Assembly: GCA_051942205.1 (NCBI GenBank)
Contig: JAVECO010000069.1
Span: 62,001 to 110,167, forward strand
Direction of reading: 5' to 3'
DNA from: Coniocarpon cinnabarinum
Taxonomy: Eukaryota
DNA: 48,167 bases
Positions 24,798 to 34,970 of this stretch are shown here, piece by piece; the first letter of the stretch is position 1, and every line of letters starts with the position of its first letter. A model generated the notes under the pieces. The model was not told where the DNA came from. It saw nothing but the letters and a program-made list of their open reading frames with translations, and made no database searches. The position numbers and the translations under genes are program-made.

Positions 24798-26048
24798 GGC
24801 TTTCAAAATCTAGCCTGGAAAGTGCAGCCTTCTGAGTATCCAAAAGTCCCAGTCTGCTTTCGAAGCTGGAACCACCTACTGCCCTCACCAGGTGGACAGA
24901 CGTTCAGAGTGATGCCCAATTAGAACGAGCTACCAGGAAATGCATCAAAGCTGCAGCGAAGACACCTTTGCTTGTTTTCCTTACCAACTGAGACGATTAA
25001 GAAGGCCGGAAGAAACCACACGACTCTGGAGGAGCCGCCAGGTCGAAGCTAGCGTCAATCGTCCACCGCAGACACATGTGCGAGAGATTCAAGACTGTAG
25101 TCGCAAAAAGAAAGAAAGCACCATGAGCGATATTTTATCTGGGACTGTGTTTCGTGGACATGTGAGCGGTGCAATGACATCCAACCCAAATACCTGGTAC
25201 CATGACAAGAACGCGCAGCCGTCACGGAAAGGCAGGAGATCCGCAACGGTGATCGCTCCAGAGGGGCATGCGATTCGTCTATGGGAAGCAAACTCTCCTG
25301 GATTAAGTTGTGATGGGTAAGCTCGCGAGGTGCTTAACGTTTCGACTTTGTCGTTGACGTTGAAACTGCAGTCGTTCATCTGTCACAGAAGAGATTGCAT
25401 GCGAACGCGTGCCCGAGCTTTTGAGTTCTGCAAAGTTCCAAGCTGGAAAAGGTCTGACGCTGTCAGATGGACATGGAACCAGCCTGGCACCGCGGGACGT
25501 CGACAGCAGGTGTCATGCAGGAACACCACTGCGACATGGTGTTCTGCCATTACCGCATTCTACCCCGCAAATCAAGAAAGACAATGACCCACGAAAGGCG
25601 TGCCGTTTGATGCTCGTCGGCACGGCAGGTTGTACCGCGTCCGACTCGTGCCCTCATGCTTCAAACTTACACACGCGGGTCATTCAAACGATTGTTCTAG
25701 AGCCGCTTGCGGGTGCATACGTGCTCTGCTGGATCGAAAGATGGGTCTAAAGTGCGCTCCATGCGTTTGCCGTGTCCAAACCTGAAGAATCAGATGCTTG
25801 ACAAAATGTTTGTGGGAAGTGAAAACAGGGTGGGGCGGCGGGGCGGCAACAGGAATAGTGGAGCACATCCTATCCATCCCGACGTCCTCGGTCCGGCCTC
25901 TTCCTTTTTGAAACGTCAGCGAGGCGATTCGAGAGATACCACTGCACACAACCCTCTCTTCTCCGCATTACCTCTGATACTCCCTTGTCCTGACTGGCGA
26001 TCTTTCTCTGCGGCGGACCTGGTCAAGCCTGCGCCATAGAAGTGCGCC

Positions 26049-27200
26049 ATGTTCGCCCCACGATCAACCTCGGTCCTCCACCATGCTCGGCATGTCCTCA
26101 GACCTTCTCGCCCACTGACTGCATCACAAGCCGCATCATTCCGCCGGCTGGTCTCATCCCTTGCACTTCTCGAGCAGAGAGAGGGCAAGCTGAATGTAGC
26201 ATCACTCGCTGCGGTCACTGCTGCACAGAAGCTTGGTGGCTCGATAACGGGCTTCGTAGCCGGCAGTAAGGGCAAGGCCTTGGCAGAAGAGGTTGCGAAG
26301 GTCAAGGGCATTGAGAAGGTGGTCTACGTTGAGAATGGAGCGTATGATAGAGTGCGTCGTTGCTGGTGACCTCGACTCAGTTGGCTTGCTTACCATCTCG
26401 CAGTCATTACCCGAGAACTTCAGTACCCTCATCGCAGAGAATGTGAAGCAAGGTGGCTACACACATGTCTTCGCCGGTCACTCAGCATTTGGCAAGACAT
26501 TGATGCCGCGCGTGTCTGCGTTGCTCGACGTTCAGCAGATCTCCGACATCATCGCAATAGAAAGCGAAGACACCTTCGTCCGACCAATATACGCTGGCAA
26601 CGCCATTCTCACCGTCCAAAGCACCGATGGCATCAAGCTGGTAACAGTGCGAGGGACGTCCTTTCCGCAAGCCGAAGCAGAAGGAGGCAGCGCACAGATC
26701 GCCGAGGGCGTCGATCCAAAAGCTGAACTTGCGTCCGAGTGGTTGTCAGAAAATCTCACCAAGTCAGATCGACCCGATCTAGGATCAGCGGACAAGGTCG
26801 TGTCTGGCGGCAGAGGGTTGAAGTCGAAAGAGGAATTCGACAGATTAATACCACCGCTTGCGGACGCTCTAGGTGCGGCAATCGGCGCCTCGAGAGCTGC
26901 GGTAGACAGTGGGTTTGCGGATAATAGTTTGCAGGTTGGACAGACAGGCAAAAACGTAGCGCCGCAGCTGTACCTTTGTGCAGGCGTCTCTGGAGCAATA
27001 CAGCATCTTGCGGGTATGAAAGACAGCAAGGTCATCGCAGCGATTAACAAGGACGCCGATGCGCCCATCTTCCAAGTCGCAGATGTTGGTCTAGTAGGGG
27101 GTAAGTCTTTTCAAGCCTATTGTTCGCCTACTTAAGGTACTGACAGTGACCAGACCTATTTGAGAAAGTTCCAGAAATGACTGAGAAACTCAAGTCATAA
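26049..27200 (+). CDS. AIM45: Electron transfer flavoprotein alpha subunit, mitochondrial; introns 26352-26403 and 27101-27153
   Basis: [49 protein letters not shown] and [11 protein letters not shown]. The last exon reads [15 protein letters not shown]. Confidence 0.96.
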
Positions 27201-27327
27201 TCACGGAAAATGTATACTTATGATATAGATGCTCATGTTCATGTACAGGGAGGCTTAATGCATTGTACATATGTCCATCATCAGCCGTCTGTTTTCCCCA
27301 GTCCTGCTCCAACGCCAGATCATGCTT

Positions 27328-28308
27328 CTACAAAGTCTCGCCATCCGGTACCTTGCAGTCGAAACCATTCAGTACGACACAGAGGTAGGAATATGCACCA
27401 ACATAATGCACCAGCGCAGTCATGCCCTCCTTTCCAAGGACATGGCACCCGTCATTCCACGTCGAATCACTTAGCGGCCCTGTCACTTCACTGTTAGTCG
27501 AACTGATACCAACCTGTGAATCTACATCACTCACCAGGACACTCTAAAATCTCATGCGCAACATCATAGGCCATCGCTGACATCTTATCCAAGCTCTCCG
27601 GCTTATCTTCCAGACCTGTTTGATAGTTAGCACACATTATCCTTCCATTTCCTTGCTCCGCCACCTCTCTCCTCAGTGCAAACCAACGCAGCATCAACTC
27701 ACATATCGAATCACATTCATCCTCACTCAATCCCACTGTCATTGCAATCCGTCGATGCGCATACACCTCGTACGCCGCACCATGATTACTTCCAACCACT
27801 AGAATGGCAACCTCGCGCGCCTTCAGTGGTAGACCCGGTAGCCTCCCGAGTTCCTGTTGGATCCCTAAGATGTGCCGGCCCAGTTCGGGGGTGTGTTGCA
27901 ATGGGGCGCAGGGACCCAGGAGACGGCCTTGGGCGTCTTTGATGGTGAAGCTGGGGTTGTTAGTTGATGTTTTCGCATGGGATTCAGGATGCGCAACGGA
28001 CGGGTCGTTGGGTTGTCTGGCGTCGTCAGTCAGCTCTACTGATGGGAGGAGTTCGTGATGGTGGCATGCTCAAGGCGAGGGATTGACAGCACTCTGGGGG
28101 ATTTGGACTGATTGCGGAGGAGAGAGTGACAGTGGACGGAGCACAGGTCCACGGTCGTGGCGAGGAAGGCAACCTACTTGCTCGTGTCCGTCAATCGCTT
28201 GACGCCCGCGTCCATGAAGTCGTAAAACTCCCGGTCCTTCTCCGTTGAGACCTCATCGCGAGCCATGGGCGGCAATCGCGCCATCTCGTCTGGAACCATG
28301 TTCATCAT
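27328..28308 (-). CDS. Carboxymuconolactone decarboxylase/AhpD-like protein, 4 exons (only fragments appear in the ORF track)
   Basis: The spliced product reads MARLPPMARDEV...|FTIKDAQGRLLGPCAPLQHTPELG...LPLKAREVAILVVGSNHGAAYEVYAHRRIA...|GPLSDSTWNDG...LGKEGMTALVHYVGAYSYLCVVLNGFDCKVP, matching the fungal CMD-like family pattern. Confidence 0.82.
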
Positions 28309-28757
28309 CTTTGCTCGAGTCTCACTGACGTGCTCTATAACTCAAACACCCTTTGCCTTTCCTTTTCTGGTTCTTAGGGGTACTATATCGTTTTTCCTGT
28401 GACTGGCGGAGTGATTGGCAGGATGAAAGTTGGGACTTACTGGTGTGCATGCTAACAGGACGGGGCTGGATACAGAAATGGGGGAAGTTGTGTCCAAGTT
28501 CAGTGAGTACAGTTGGTCAATCCATTGAGACTGGTGTCCGGGATGGCCATTGCAGCTGGTTTCGGACCCAGGAAAGGTAAACCACATGATGTCATCCGAA
28601 GGGACTTTGGGACATTTGTTCTGTTCAATGGGGCGAGGATGCGGGTTGCAGGGGAGTGAGTTTCAAGATGCGGCGCACGATGTGCTTTTGGGACGCCGCC
28701 GGCATGCTATGGGATATCCTGGCTACAACGCGCAAAAGTGGTACGTAGAGGTGCCGA

Positions 28758-31700
28758 TTATGCTTCTTCCTCGTCATCGTCGTCTGCATCGTCACTGACG
28801 TCGTCGTTTTCTTCTTCTCCGTCACCGTCCATGGCATCCATCTTGGATGCGAGCCAGTCTTTCCAAAGACTCGCCTCGTCGGTAACTGGCCGACCGGCGT
28901 CAAGTTGTGAGCTGCCAGGCAACCAGACGCCATTAACGCCTTCTTCAACCTCCTCCCTCATGTCCTCACGACTTCCGTCTGCCCATGTCATACCCCATTC
29001 GTCCCATCCGCCCGCCTTGTCCAGCCGACTCAAATGTCTCATTGTTGGCCGACCGTGAGGGCAGTTCCACGGGCGTTCGATTTCGCCCATGTGCGTGACC
29101 ACTCGTTGCATGCCCGTCTGCGTGAGAGCTTTACCAACCATAATGCTACTGCGACAAGCGCGCATCGCAAGCATCTTCCTCACCTTTGTAGGCCGTACAA
29201 TGGAGACTCCATTCTGCAGCGGGAGTGTGCGATGCGAAGACACGCCTTCGAGATGCTCGCTGGTGTCTACGTCGGGTAGGGGCGGTGAGAGATGCGATGG
29301 CACCGGCGTTTCGGCCAGTAGAACCAGAAGCTCCTCCAGGTCCCGCACATTGAATACTGTCTCTTTACTAGTCGGAAGCGTGAGAAGGGCACATCGCTCA
29401 CCGACTGGCTTGTCGCCAGAGGTGTCGACGTCAATGTTGAACCCATTCTTGGCTACGGAGGCTTCGCGATGATCAAGAATAGTTTCTTCTTCGATGGCTG
29501 TGAGCTGAAGAGGGTGTGGCCGAACGAGAGGTTGAGGTGTGAGCGTTGTCGTCGCTGATAGCCGATGAAAGTTGTAGATCTCGTCGGAGGCATGCTGGTC
29601 GATAATGAAGAGTTCGTCCGAACCGTGAGCGGCTTGCTGGCCTGAACTCTTTAACGATGAAGCCGGTCGCACGGCTAATATGAAGCCAAGATTGAACTGG
29701 CCTACAATGCGCATGTGGGCAAAATCAGACTTGGCTATGCTCAGTGAAAGCTGCTCTTCTGCAGAGACCTGAGAGGATGTGTTTCTATCTTCCTGGTCCT
29801 GTTGCAAACGCTCATAATCCAATTCACGCGGCAAATGTGTTATATCGTGTTGGCGTTGAATGTCCGATGTTGAAACAGATAAAGACTTGACCACATTGTG
29901 TAGAGTTTCATCGTTCCGGCGCTGTAGCCTAAGCCTCTTTTGGCTGCTCCGAGCTGATTTTGTCGTTGCTTCTGCGTCTTGCACCATGCGCCGCACCCGA
30001 GCTTCCTCTGCAGTCTTGTGGTCCAAATCCTCTTCCAGACCGGCCGCTCCAGCTCCTTGATTGGAGGAGTCCTGAGCATCTCTTCGCGGACTACCATCAT
30101 CGCTGTAGAGCTTGTTCTGGACCTGGGCTTCATGCTCTTCGGACTCTGCGTCATTGTCAGTCGACCCTTCTGAGCATGTTCCCGGCCGCTCTTTGCGTTC
30201 TGTGGAGCCCCTGGCTAGAAAGGAAGTGAGAGCATTTGATTTGACTACAGGCTCATCAAGTCTTGCACCGGGGGCTACGAAGGTGCGTAGCGAAGATGAC
30301 AAATACGAAGACTGTGGTGGCTTGCCATTCATGGGCTCGTCCTCCGGCGTTGAAGGTCTGCGGCGCTTCAAGGGGCCAAGCTTACTAGCTGTGGCTCCAA
30401 CCTTCATAACGCCTGTCACTGATTCACGAGCTGGCGTTGTGGGAGCTTCTTGCATCGGCTTTGCGGAGTCCGTACTGACACGTGAAGCAACTTCGGCTTC
30501 TTCGCGAGCTTCAGTATGACTCACAACTTCGCTTTCGCTGCTTGAATCACTCGACCCCGCTTCGAGAGCCTCTTGTGGTTGGGAGTGCTCGCTCGAAGAC
30601 TTGGACGTGACTAAGGATTGTCTTTCAAACTTTCTTGCGAGTTTCTGCTTATCCTTCGAAAGGCCGTCCCGATTCTCCGCAGCTTTACGAGATTCTTCAT
30701 GACGTTGTTCTGTGTGTCGACCCGCAAAATCACCAATGAGCTTTGCGGGTCTGAAGTCTGTGCTAGTAGCCATAGACGACCATAATGAAGTCGTAGTCGT
30801 TGCTGTGCTTTCAGGGGACGGCCCAGACCTTCTCTGGCCCGTACCTTGCTCTTCATCTATAGGCATCGAGACGGTTTGTTCGTTCTTTTCATTGGTGCCA
30901 TTTGTAAAGCGGTCGGATTGGTTGGAAACGCTGGGAGACTGTCGTATTACGCTTGGTGGCCTGAGAGACGGTAGCTTTGACGTCTGTATTTGCTGCGTCG
31001 GTATAGTCTGGTCCTGGTTTTCGAACAGATCCACCAGCGCGTCCTTCAGGGTCTCGAGCAATCGTTGCTGATCGTGAAGCATGATGGTCTTCTTGTCAGG
31101 AGAAACATTGACATCGTAAGCATTGGTATCCATCTTAAAGTTGGCAAAAACAAATGGAGACTGGTTCATGTTGTATGACCTGTAGACCTCGTTGAAGGCC
31201 TTTGCAACTTGCGGGAGTCCGCACGGTCGCGAGTTGACGAAGAACATTTGTCTGTCCGGCGTCTGACGACCTTCACCGTGGACTGGTTTCGAGATATGGC
31301 CTTCCACTTTGATTTGCCGACTGGACATGGTGTCTTCATTCTGTATATCCCTCAACACCTGACTAGGTGCGGTCGGTTGCATTTCCAGACTGAGGCTAAG
31401 TGGTATCAAAGCAGAGACAGCCTTCGTGCCATAGACGTTTGCAATGTTTTCTCTGGTTGTGAGATTGTTTCGAGTCGAAAAGACATACACCTTCTTGCCC
31501 TTTGCAGCTTGTTGACTGACGGAAAATCGTACATTAGTACTTACACATGCGTATGCATTTAGCTGGGTTATCACTTTTGAATATTCACGTTTGATGTTCT
31601 TTTCGAGCTCACGCCGACGAACTGGCAAGCTCTGAAACAAGTCCTCCACAACTACTAGGGACCCTTTCTGGGTAGCCGCGACACTGCTGCTACGGAGCTT

Positions 31701-32093
31701 ACCAGACTGCTCAAAGTCAAGGCGAGTACCCTTAGGTGCCTCACCATCTTGGGCGGTGATGATGTGCAAGTTCGAAAGCGCGCACAGAGACGACAATGCC
31801 TCTCCGCGGAAGCCAAACGTCTGAAGACTCGAAAGATCATCATAATCAGATAATTTGGACGTGTAGTGCTTGAGCCCAAGCGTTTCGTAGTCTGCTCTCG
31901 CAATACCTGAGCCATTGTCTTGCACTTCGATCGCTTCTAATCCCTGTGCCTTGAAACGTACGTCAATGGCATTTGCGCCAGCATCTAGACTGTTCTCCAC
32001 AAGCTCCTTGACCACCGAAGTCAGATCAACAATTACCTGACCAGACTGGATCTGATGAATGGAGCGGCCCTCGATTGCCTTAATAGTCGCCAT
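28758..32093 (-). CDS. PMS1: MutL-alpha endonuclease subunit (yeast Pms1 / human PMS2 ortholog), intronless
   Basis: IQSGQVIVDL, KELVENSLDAGA, GFRGEALSSL, DVNVSPDK, GQFNLGFI, DQHASDE, ACR and CPHGRP motifs. Start set at the ATG of MATIKAIE. Confidence 0.97.
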   Translation of the reverse strand: MATIKAIEGRSIHQIQSGQVIVDLTSVVKELVENSLDAGANAIDVRFKAQGLEAIEVQDNGSGIARADYETLGLKHYTSKLSDYDDLSSLQTFGFRGEALSSLCALSNLHIITAQDGEAPKGTRLDFEQSGKLRSSSVAATQKGSLVVVEDLFQSLPVRRRELEKNIKREYSKVITQLNAYACVSTNVRFSVSQQAAKGKKVYVFSTRNNLTTRENIANVYGTKAVSALIPLSLSLEMQPTAPSQVLRDIQNEDTMSSRQIKVEGHISKPVHGEGRQTPDRQMFFVNSRPCGLPQVAKAFNEVYRSYNMNQSPFVFANFKMDTNAYDVNVSPDKKTIMLHDQQRLLETLKDALVDLFENQDQTIPTQQIQTSKLPSLRPPSVIRQSPSVSNQSDRFTNGTNEKNEQTVSMPIDEEQGTGQRRSGPSPESTATTTTSLWSSMATSTDFRPAKLIGDFAGRHTEQRHEESRKAAENRDGLSKDKQKLARKFERQSLVTSKSSSEHSQPQEALEAGSSDSSSESEVVSHTEAREEAEVASRVSTDSAKPMQEAPTTPARESVTGVMKVGATASKLGPLKRRRPSTPEDEPMNGKPPQSSYLSSSLRTFVAPGARLDEPVVKSNALTSFLARGSTERKERPGTCSEGSTDNDAESEEHEAQVQNKLYSDDGSPRRDAQDSSNQGAGAAGLEEDLDHKTAEEARVRRMVQDAEATTKSARSSQKRLRLQRRNDETLHNVVKSLSVSTSDIQRQHDITHLPRELDYERLQQDQEDRNTSSQVSAEEQLSLSIAKSDFAHMRIVGQFNLGFILAVRPASSLKSSGQQAAHGSDELFIIDQHASDEIYNFHRLSATTTLTPQPLVRPHPLQLTAIEEETILDHREASVAKNGFNIDVDTSGDKPVGERCALLTLPTSKETVFNVRDLEELLVLLAETPVPSHLSPPLPDVDTSEHLEGVSSHRTLPLQNGVSIVRPTKVRKMLAMRACRSSIMVGKALTQTGMQRVVTHMGEIERPWNCPHGRPTMRHLSRLDKAGGWDEWGMTWADGSREDMREEVEEGVNGVWLPGSSQLDAGRPVTDEASLWKDWLASKMDAMDGDGEEENDDVSDDADDDDEEEA

Positions 32094-32433
32094 ATCATGC
32101 CATGTCGCTACGAGTCGAGCGAAAAGCTCACACTTCACGCTCAGCCTGCATCAATGACTTCGGTCATAGTCGTGATGACCTCAATGCAAGCGTTCGTAAG
32201 ATGGACTTGCGTTGCATGGATCTCTAGAGGACGCCGGTGTTGCGCTTGTTTTGAATCACGTGACACTTCCCTTTGGTTGGGTCTTGGCACGAACCCTTTT
32301 CGCGCGAGAACGAGCAAGCCCTCCGCAACAAACAACCTGAAGTCGCAATCCCCCGGCAAATCCTGTCGCGTCTTGTAGATCTTTTATTCATTGCGCGTCC
32401 ACGTTCGATGAGATTGCTGGAACAGTACACGTG
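32094..32433. promoter_or_regulatory. 340-nt bidirectional promoter shared by PMS1 and SWI3/RSC8
   Basis: Head-to-head starts, a palindromic TCACGTGA at 32256-32263 and several CGCG cores (about 32301, 32368, 32394). Confidence 0.6.
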
Positions 32434-34668
32434 ATGGAGGAAGTCAACGGCGGAACGCCGCAGCCCACTCCTGACGCAACGGCAGAGCCAAGTGCCTTGC
32501 AACCACCAACCAATGGCACTCCCATCGATGTCACCATGGGCGAGGAGGTAGATACAACACAAGTGAAGAAGTCGCCCGCAGCCGAGCCAACGCCCCTGCC
32601 TGATGCGCCCTCGGATAATCCGCTCGATGCGCCCGGAGAGCCTCAACCAGAAGTAGCAGAGAACGCGGCTGAAGAGGAGACGGCTGAAGACGCAGAGGGA
32701 GAGACTGCTGAAAAGGTTGAAGATGGCGAAGGAGAGGAGGAGGCAGCGGAAGAGGAGGGTGAAGATGCTGCTGCGCAGAAGGCTACATTGGAAGCCAGCG
32801 CGCGATCACATCTCGCGACCCAGACGCACTCGATAATCCTCCCCTCGTACAGCACTTGGTTTAATATGGATACCGTTCACCCGAACGAAAAGAAAGCACT
32901 GCCGGAATTCTTCAACAATCGCAACCGCAGCAAGACTCCAGCGATCTACAAAGACTACCGCGACTTCATGATCAACACGTACCGCCTGAATCCTCAAGAA
33001 TACCTGACCTTCACAGCGTGTCGGCGCAACCTTGCAGGAGACGTCTGTGCGATCATGCGTGTCCACGCTTTCCTCGAGCAGTGGGGACTCATCAACTTCC
33101 AAATCGACCCAGAAACTCGTCCGTCCAACATTGGCCCACCCTTTACTGGTCACTTCCGCGTCATTGTAGACACCCCAAGAGGCCTACAACCCTTCCAACC
33201 GGCTCCACGCAACGCAAACCTCACACCAGGCAAACCACATGCATCCACGCAGCGCCGTCTTTCGCAACCTCAACCATCTGCTTCTGACCTCAACCTTTCC
33301 ATTCGCCAGAATATTTACGACAGCGCTGGCAAAGACGTCACGCCCGCCGACCACAACGATCCAGACTCGAAACCCACATCATCAGAGCAGGTCGAAAACA
33401 AGCTTGCCGCGCCGGAGAAACCCATACATTGTCACAGCTGCGGAACAGACACAACGAGAACGCGCTTTCACCGTGTCAAGTCCGCGCCAGAATCCACCTC
33501 AGGCAAAACTGCTCTCATGAACAAGTTTGATCTCTGTCCTATGTGTTACCTCGACGGCCGTTTCCCCGAGTCATCCACCGCAGCCGAATACGTCAAGCTT
33601 GAAACGCCAGGCGCCGACAAGCAACAAGATCGCGACCGACCATGGGACGACCGCGAAACGCTCATGCTGCTCGAAGCTCTCGAGGCCTTTGACCAAGACT
33701 GGGAAGCTGTCGCAGAGCACGTCGGCACGCGTACGCGCGAACAATGCGTCCTCAAGTTCCTGCAATTAGAGATTGAGGATAAGTACGTGGCGGGCGAGTC
33801 TACAAATGGCGAAGTTGCAAACGGCAAAGAAGACCTCCGCTGGATGAGCGGCGGCCATGTCCCGGTGACGCAGAGCGAGAATCCAGTCATGAGCGTTCTT
33901 AGCTTCCTGGCAGCCGGTGTCGATCCAGCGGTTGCGGCTGCGGCGAGTGGACAGGCGGTCGGCGAAATGGTGAAGAGTATGGATGAGAAGAAGAAGTCTT
34001 TGGCTCAGCGATTCTCAGAGGCTCAGAGTACCGATGGCAAATCTACTGACACCGCGCAGGCACAGGGTGAAAGCATGGACGTAGATAAAGCCGAGCAGAC
34101 AAACGATCCCGCCACCACTGCGCTTGCCCTCGCCGGCGCCCGCTCCTTCGCAATGGCTTCCCACGTCGAGCGTCAAGTGTCATCACATCTTAACAACGCA
34201 ACAGCGCTCCAACTCGAAAAGCTCGACCTCAAACTGCAGCAATTCAACGAGCTCGAAGCCTTGCTCGCTGCTGAACGACGCGAGATCGAACGACGCACAA
34301 AAGAGCTATTCATCGAGCGTCTCCAATGGCGCCGTAAGATGGATCGCGTCCGCGACGAAGTAACCCGCGCTATCAGTCTGGGCATCACCGGCCAAGTGGG
34401 CGACGACGGGAAATTGGTCCCCGGAAGCGGCAGCGAAGGCCTGAGCGCCATGACCGAAGCGTTAGGCACGCTGGGAGTGAGCGGTGACAAGCTCGAGTTG
34501 GCCGTGAGCGCCGGTCTAAAGAAGAATTCCACGGATGCCGCTGCAGCTGCAATTACAGGCATAGAAGCAACACCAGGTGACGACGTGCATGTGATGCCGA
34601 TGGATACAGGCATGGAAGGGATGGCGCCGCCGAGTGAAAATGGTGACGCGAAACGGTTTGAGATTTAG
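32434..34668 (+). CDS. RSC8: SWI/SNF-RSC subunit of the Swi3/Rsc8/Ssr2 family (SWIRM, ZZ-like zinc finger, SANT, coiled coil), intronless
   Basis: SWIRM (IILPSYSTWF...YRDFMINTYRLNPQEYLT...HAFLEQWGLIN), CHSCG...CPMC, SANT (WDDRETLMLLEALE...HVGTRTREQC), NPVMSVLSFL and a C-terminal coiled coil. Confidence 0.93.
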   Translation: MEEVNGGTPQPTPDATAEPSALQPPTNGTPIDVTMGEEVDTTQVKKSPAAEPTPLPDAPSDNPLDAPGEPQPEVAENAAEEETAEDAEGETAEKVEDGEGEEEAAEEEGEDAAAQKATLEASARSHLATQTHSIILPSYSTWFNMDTVHPNEKKALPEFFNNRNRSKTPAIYKDYRDFMINTYRLNPQEYLTFTACRRNLAGDVCAIMRVHAFLEQWGLINFQIDPETRPSNIGPPFTGHFRVIVDTPRGLQPFQPAPRNANLTPGKPHASTQRRLSQPQPSASDLNLSIRQNIYDSAGKDVTPADHNDPDSKPTSSEQVENKLAAPEKPIHCHSCGTDTTRTRFHRVKSAPESTSGKTALMNKFDLCPMCYLDGRFPESSTAAEYVKLETPGADKQQDRDRPWDDRETLMLLEALEAFDQDWEAVAEHVGTRTREQCVLKFLQLEIEDKYVAGESTNGEVANGKEDLRWMSGGHVPVTQSENPVMSVLSFLAAGVDPAVAAAASGQAVGEMVKSMDEKKKSLAQRFSEAQSTDGKSTDTAQAQGESMDVDKAEQTNDPATTALALAGARSFAMASHVERQVSSHLNNATALQLEKLDLKLQQFNELEALLAAERREIERRTKELFIERLQWRRKMDRVRDEVTRAISLGITGQVGDDGKLVPGSGSEGLSAMTEALGTLGVSGDKLELAVSAGLKKNSTDAAAAAITGIEATPGDDVHVMPMDTGMEGMAPPSENGDAKRFEI

Positions 34669-34970
34669 GGAACTCGATTCCAAGCTGAAGCGCCGACTGA
34701 GGCCATGACTGAGATACATCGCGTGGGGAGGCAAGTGCTTTGGGAAAGGGAAAGAGCATTGTTGGGGGACTTATACTAGGACGATGAAGCAGAGACGAAG
34801 AGGGCAAGGCGGGAATTGTATTAGTATGGGCATGGACGAAGACTAGCATGATAGACTCTGAATGAATCAGTAATAGGATGTTTTGGATTTTTCATCTACT
34901 CGTATGAGGCCGCGGTGCCTGTATCAACATATCTCTGAACATCGAAATCCGTACAAGACTGGTTTTGCTC

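Noticed and set aside
32094..32138. N-terminal extensions in the ORF track for PMS1 (likewise TMS1 36474-36695 and DUF3431 47469-47519)
   Set aside because: They begin at non-ATG codons allowed by the ORF caller, and the family-typical or first ATG-initiated N-termini start downstream.
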